A program made the position numbers and the translations under genes. A stretch of 24,124 nt of DNA from Octopus sinensis (taxonomy: Eukaryota): contig NW_021836553.1 in assembly GCF_006345805.1 (NCBI RefSeq), positions 1 to 24,124 on the forward strand, given 5' to 3'. The first letter of the stretch is position 1. The number at the start of each line of letters is the position of its first letter. Shown here piece by piece: positions 22,125 to 24,124 of the stretch. The notes under the pieces were generated by a model. The model had not been told where the DNA came from and did no database searches. It saw only the letters and a list, made by a program, of their open reading frames with translations.

Positions 22125-22398
22125 TTACAGGTGGGGGTCCATGGTCCCTGAATAAGGGTTGTTAAAAGCATTTTGAACGAAACAGCCATGTTTCCAGAGG
22201 TGAATTATTCAAACCCCAAAGAATTTCTCTCAACACATGGCTACGATGCCCGCCCACTACACCTGTTCGAGACCAGAGGTGCACATATCGTCAGCCACTA
22301 AGGGACATGCTCAACTGGTTAAGGTCAAACAACTGATAAGCAAATCTGTGGTAGTGAGCAGAATATTTGCTGTAGCCCATCTTTTATACTGCTCTAGA
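22125..22398 (+). repeat. Interspersed repeat E, copy 1 (probable LINE 3' UTR or SINE)
   Basis: Aligns with about 22840-23050, e.g. ATATCGTCAGCCACTAAGGGACATG; followed by (ATT)n. Confidence 0.75.
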
Positions 22399-22399
22399 C

Positions 22400-22400
<1 letters not shown>

Positions 22401-22434
<34 letters not shown>

Positions 22435-22482
22435 TATTATTATTATTATTATCATTATTATTATTATTGTTGTTGTTGTTGT

Positions 22483-22513
<31 letters not shown>

Positions 22514-22541
22514 ATGATTATTATTATTGTTATTATTATTA

Positions 22542-22595
<54 letters not shown>

Positions 22596-22620
22596 TATTA
22601 TTATTATTATTATTATTGTT
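22401..22620. repeat. (ATT)n/(GTT)n tract
   Basis: Direct reading of the sequence. Confidence 0.95.
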
Positions 22621-22689
22621 AATTGAAAGACGTTCATTCCATTAAAGTGACTGTAGGGGACAAACATACGAAGACTAGCATACTCATCA

Positions 22690-23152
22690 TGATTCCCCAT
22701 CTGATAAGGGTACACCAGGCACATATATCACAGCCACATGTTTGTGACAGTGTGATCTCATATGAAGACAAACAGCGCATGGCCCTGCTGGAGGGGACCA
22801 CTTCGAATTTTCTTGCGGTGGAATAGCACATCCTACTCAAAATGTCTCTGAATAATGAGTTTAAGTTTGTTGAATTATTCAAATCCCAAAGGGGTAAATT
22901 ATTCAACTCCCCAAAAAATCCTCTTAACACATGGCTATTTTGTTCCCGCAATACTCCTGCCCGTCAACAGAGATGCAAATATCGTCAGCCACTAAAGGGA
23001 CATGTTCAAGTGGATAAGGTCAAATAACTGTCAAGCAAATCTGTAGAAGACCATCGTTTATCCCAAGACGAAACAATTTTACATGATAATACTTCCGATC
23101 TGTTAAGATGAGAAGCCATGTGAGCCACTGCCTGGTATTGCATCAGGCCATT
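22690..23152 (+). repeat. Interspersed repeat E, copy 2 (longer, ending in an AT-rich tail)
   Basis: Homologous to 22125-22398 over its central part; the left boundary is approximate. Confidence 0.7.
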
Positions 23153-23179
23153 TATAATTATAATAATTCTTATTAATAT

Positions 23180-23310
23180 TATTTCCGCGAGGTCAACTTT
23201 GCTTTTCATCCTTTCGATGTTGATAAATTAAGTACCAGTTACGTACTGGGTCGATCTAATCGACTGATCCTCTCATCTAAACTTTCAGGCCTTGTGCCTG
23301 GAGTAGAAAA
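23180..23310 (+). mobile_element. 5'-truncated SINE family B (tail type 2)
   Basis: GAGGTCAACTTTGC...AAGTACCAGTTACGTACTGGGTCGATC...CAGGCCTTGTGCCTGGAGTAGAAAA followed by (ATT)n. Confidence 0.85.
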
Positions 23311-23333
23311 AATTATTATTATTATCATCATCA

Positions 23334-23424
<91 letters not shown>

Positions 23425-23446
23425 CAGTAGTAGTATCAGCGGTTAA

Positions 23447-23680
23447 CGCAGCAATCTAGCAGAATCGTTAGCACGCCGGGCGAAATGTGTAGCCGTTTTT
23501 CGTCTGCTGTTACGTTCTGAGTTCAAATTTAGCCGAGGTCGACTTTGCCTTTCATCCTTTTGGGGTCGATTAAATAAGTACCAGTTACGCACTGGGGTCA
23601 ATATAATTGACTTAATCCGTTTGTCTGTCCTTGTTTGTCCTCTCTGTGTTTAGCCCCTTGTTGGTAGTAAAAAATAGGTA
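23447..23680 (+). mobile_element. SINE family B (tail type 1), full length
   Basis: GCAGAATCGTTAGCACGCCGGGCGAAATG head, B box GAGTTCAAATT, tail GTTTGTCTGTCCTTGTTTGTCC shared with 7851-8004. Confidence 0.9.
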
Positions 23681-23694
23681 TTTCATTCATCTCT

Positions 23695-23830
23695 AAGTCA
23701 GGAGTTCAAATTCTACAGAGGCCGACTTCACCTTTCATGTTTTCCGTGTCGATAAAATAACTCCTACTTAATTACAGGGGGTGACATAATCGACATCCCC
23801 CTCCTCCCCCCAAATTTCAATAACTATACC
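23695..23830 (+). mobile_element. Decayed SINE family B copy
   Basis: GAGTTCAAATTCTACAGAGGCCGACTTCACCTTTCATG...GTCGATAAAATAA. Confidence 0.7.
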
Positions 23831-23869
23831 TGTAGTGGTTACTGTATATGTAGTATTAGTCCCTTTACT

Positions 23870-24124
23870 AGTAGTTGTAATAGCGTTTGCAGTAGTAGCA
23901 CTACTTGTTGCTGTATCGGAAGTAGTAGCAGAGCTGCAGTTCCAGATGTATTAGTAGTAGTAGTAGCAGCAGTAGTAGTAGTAGTAGTAGCAGTAGTAGT
24001 AGTAGTAGTAGTAGCAGCAGCAGCTTCAGTAATAGTACAAGTAATGGCTAGAATAGTAGCAGCAGAAGCAACAACAACAGAAATAGTAGTAATAGTAGTA
24101 GCAGTGGCAGTGGCACTAGCAGCA
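23870..24124. repeat. Degenerate (AGT/AGC)n tract running off the window
   Basis: Direct reading; a similar tract lies at 23313-23436. Confidence 0.9.

Noticed and set aside
22255-22300. Minus-strand CTGACGA...GAAC in repeat E
   Set aside because: It has GAAC rather than GAAAC, no stem II pairing, and is not preserved in the second copy.

Overview
This is AT-rich, microsatellite-dense eukaryotic DNA with no recognisable host gene. The tRNA-derived SINE families and repeat content strongly resemble an octopus (coleoid cephalopod) genome; this is by recognition, not a database search. Nearly all supplied ORFs are microsatellite translations. Recognisable elements are: about 15 SINE copies or fragments from two families that share a central block; a decayed DD37D (maT-like) Tc1/mariner transposase fragment; a hAT-like MITE; and several unclassified interspersed repeats. 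The most interesting signal is a set of minimal type I hammerhead-ribozyme motifs in four mutually unrelated sequence units, all abutting (TA)n tracts. Two of these units form fold-back palindromes (about 195 bp at 12923-13117 and about 1.6 kb at 13473-15097), each carrying a hammerhead or hammerhead-like motif on both arms. This fits non-coding Penelope-like (pLTR) or retrozyme-like retroelements, but no ORF supports autonomy and an assembly fold-back artefact must be excluded.
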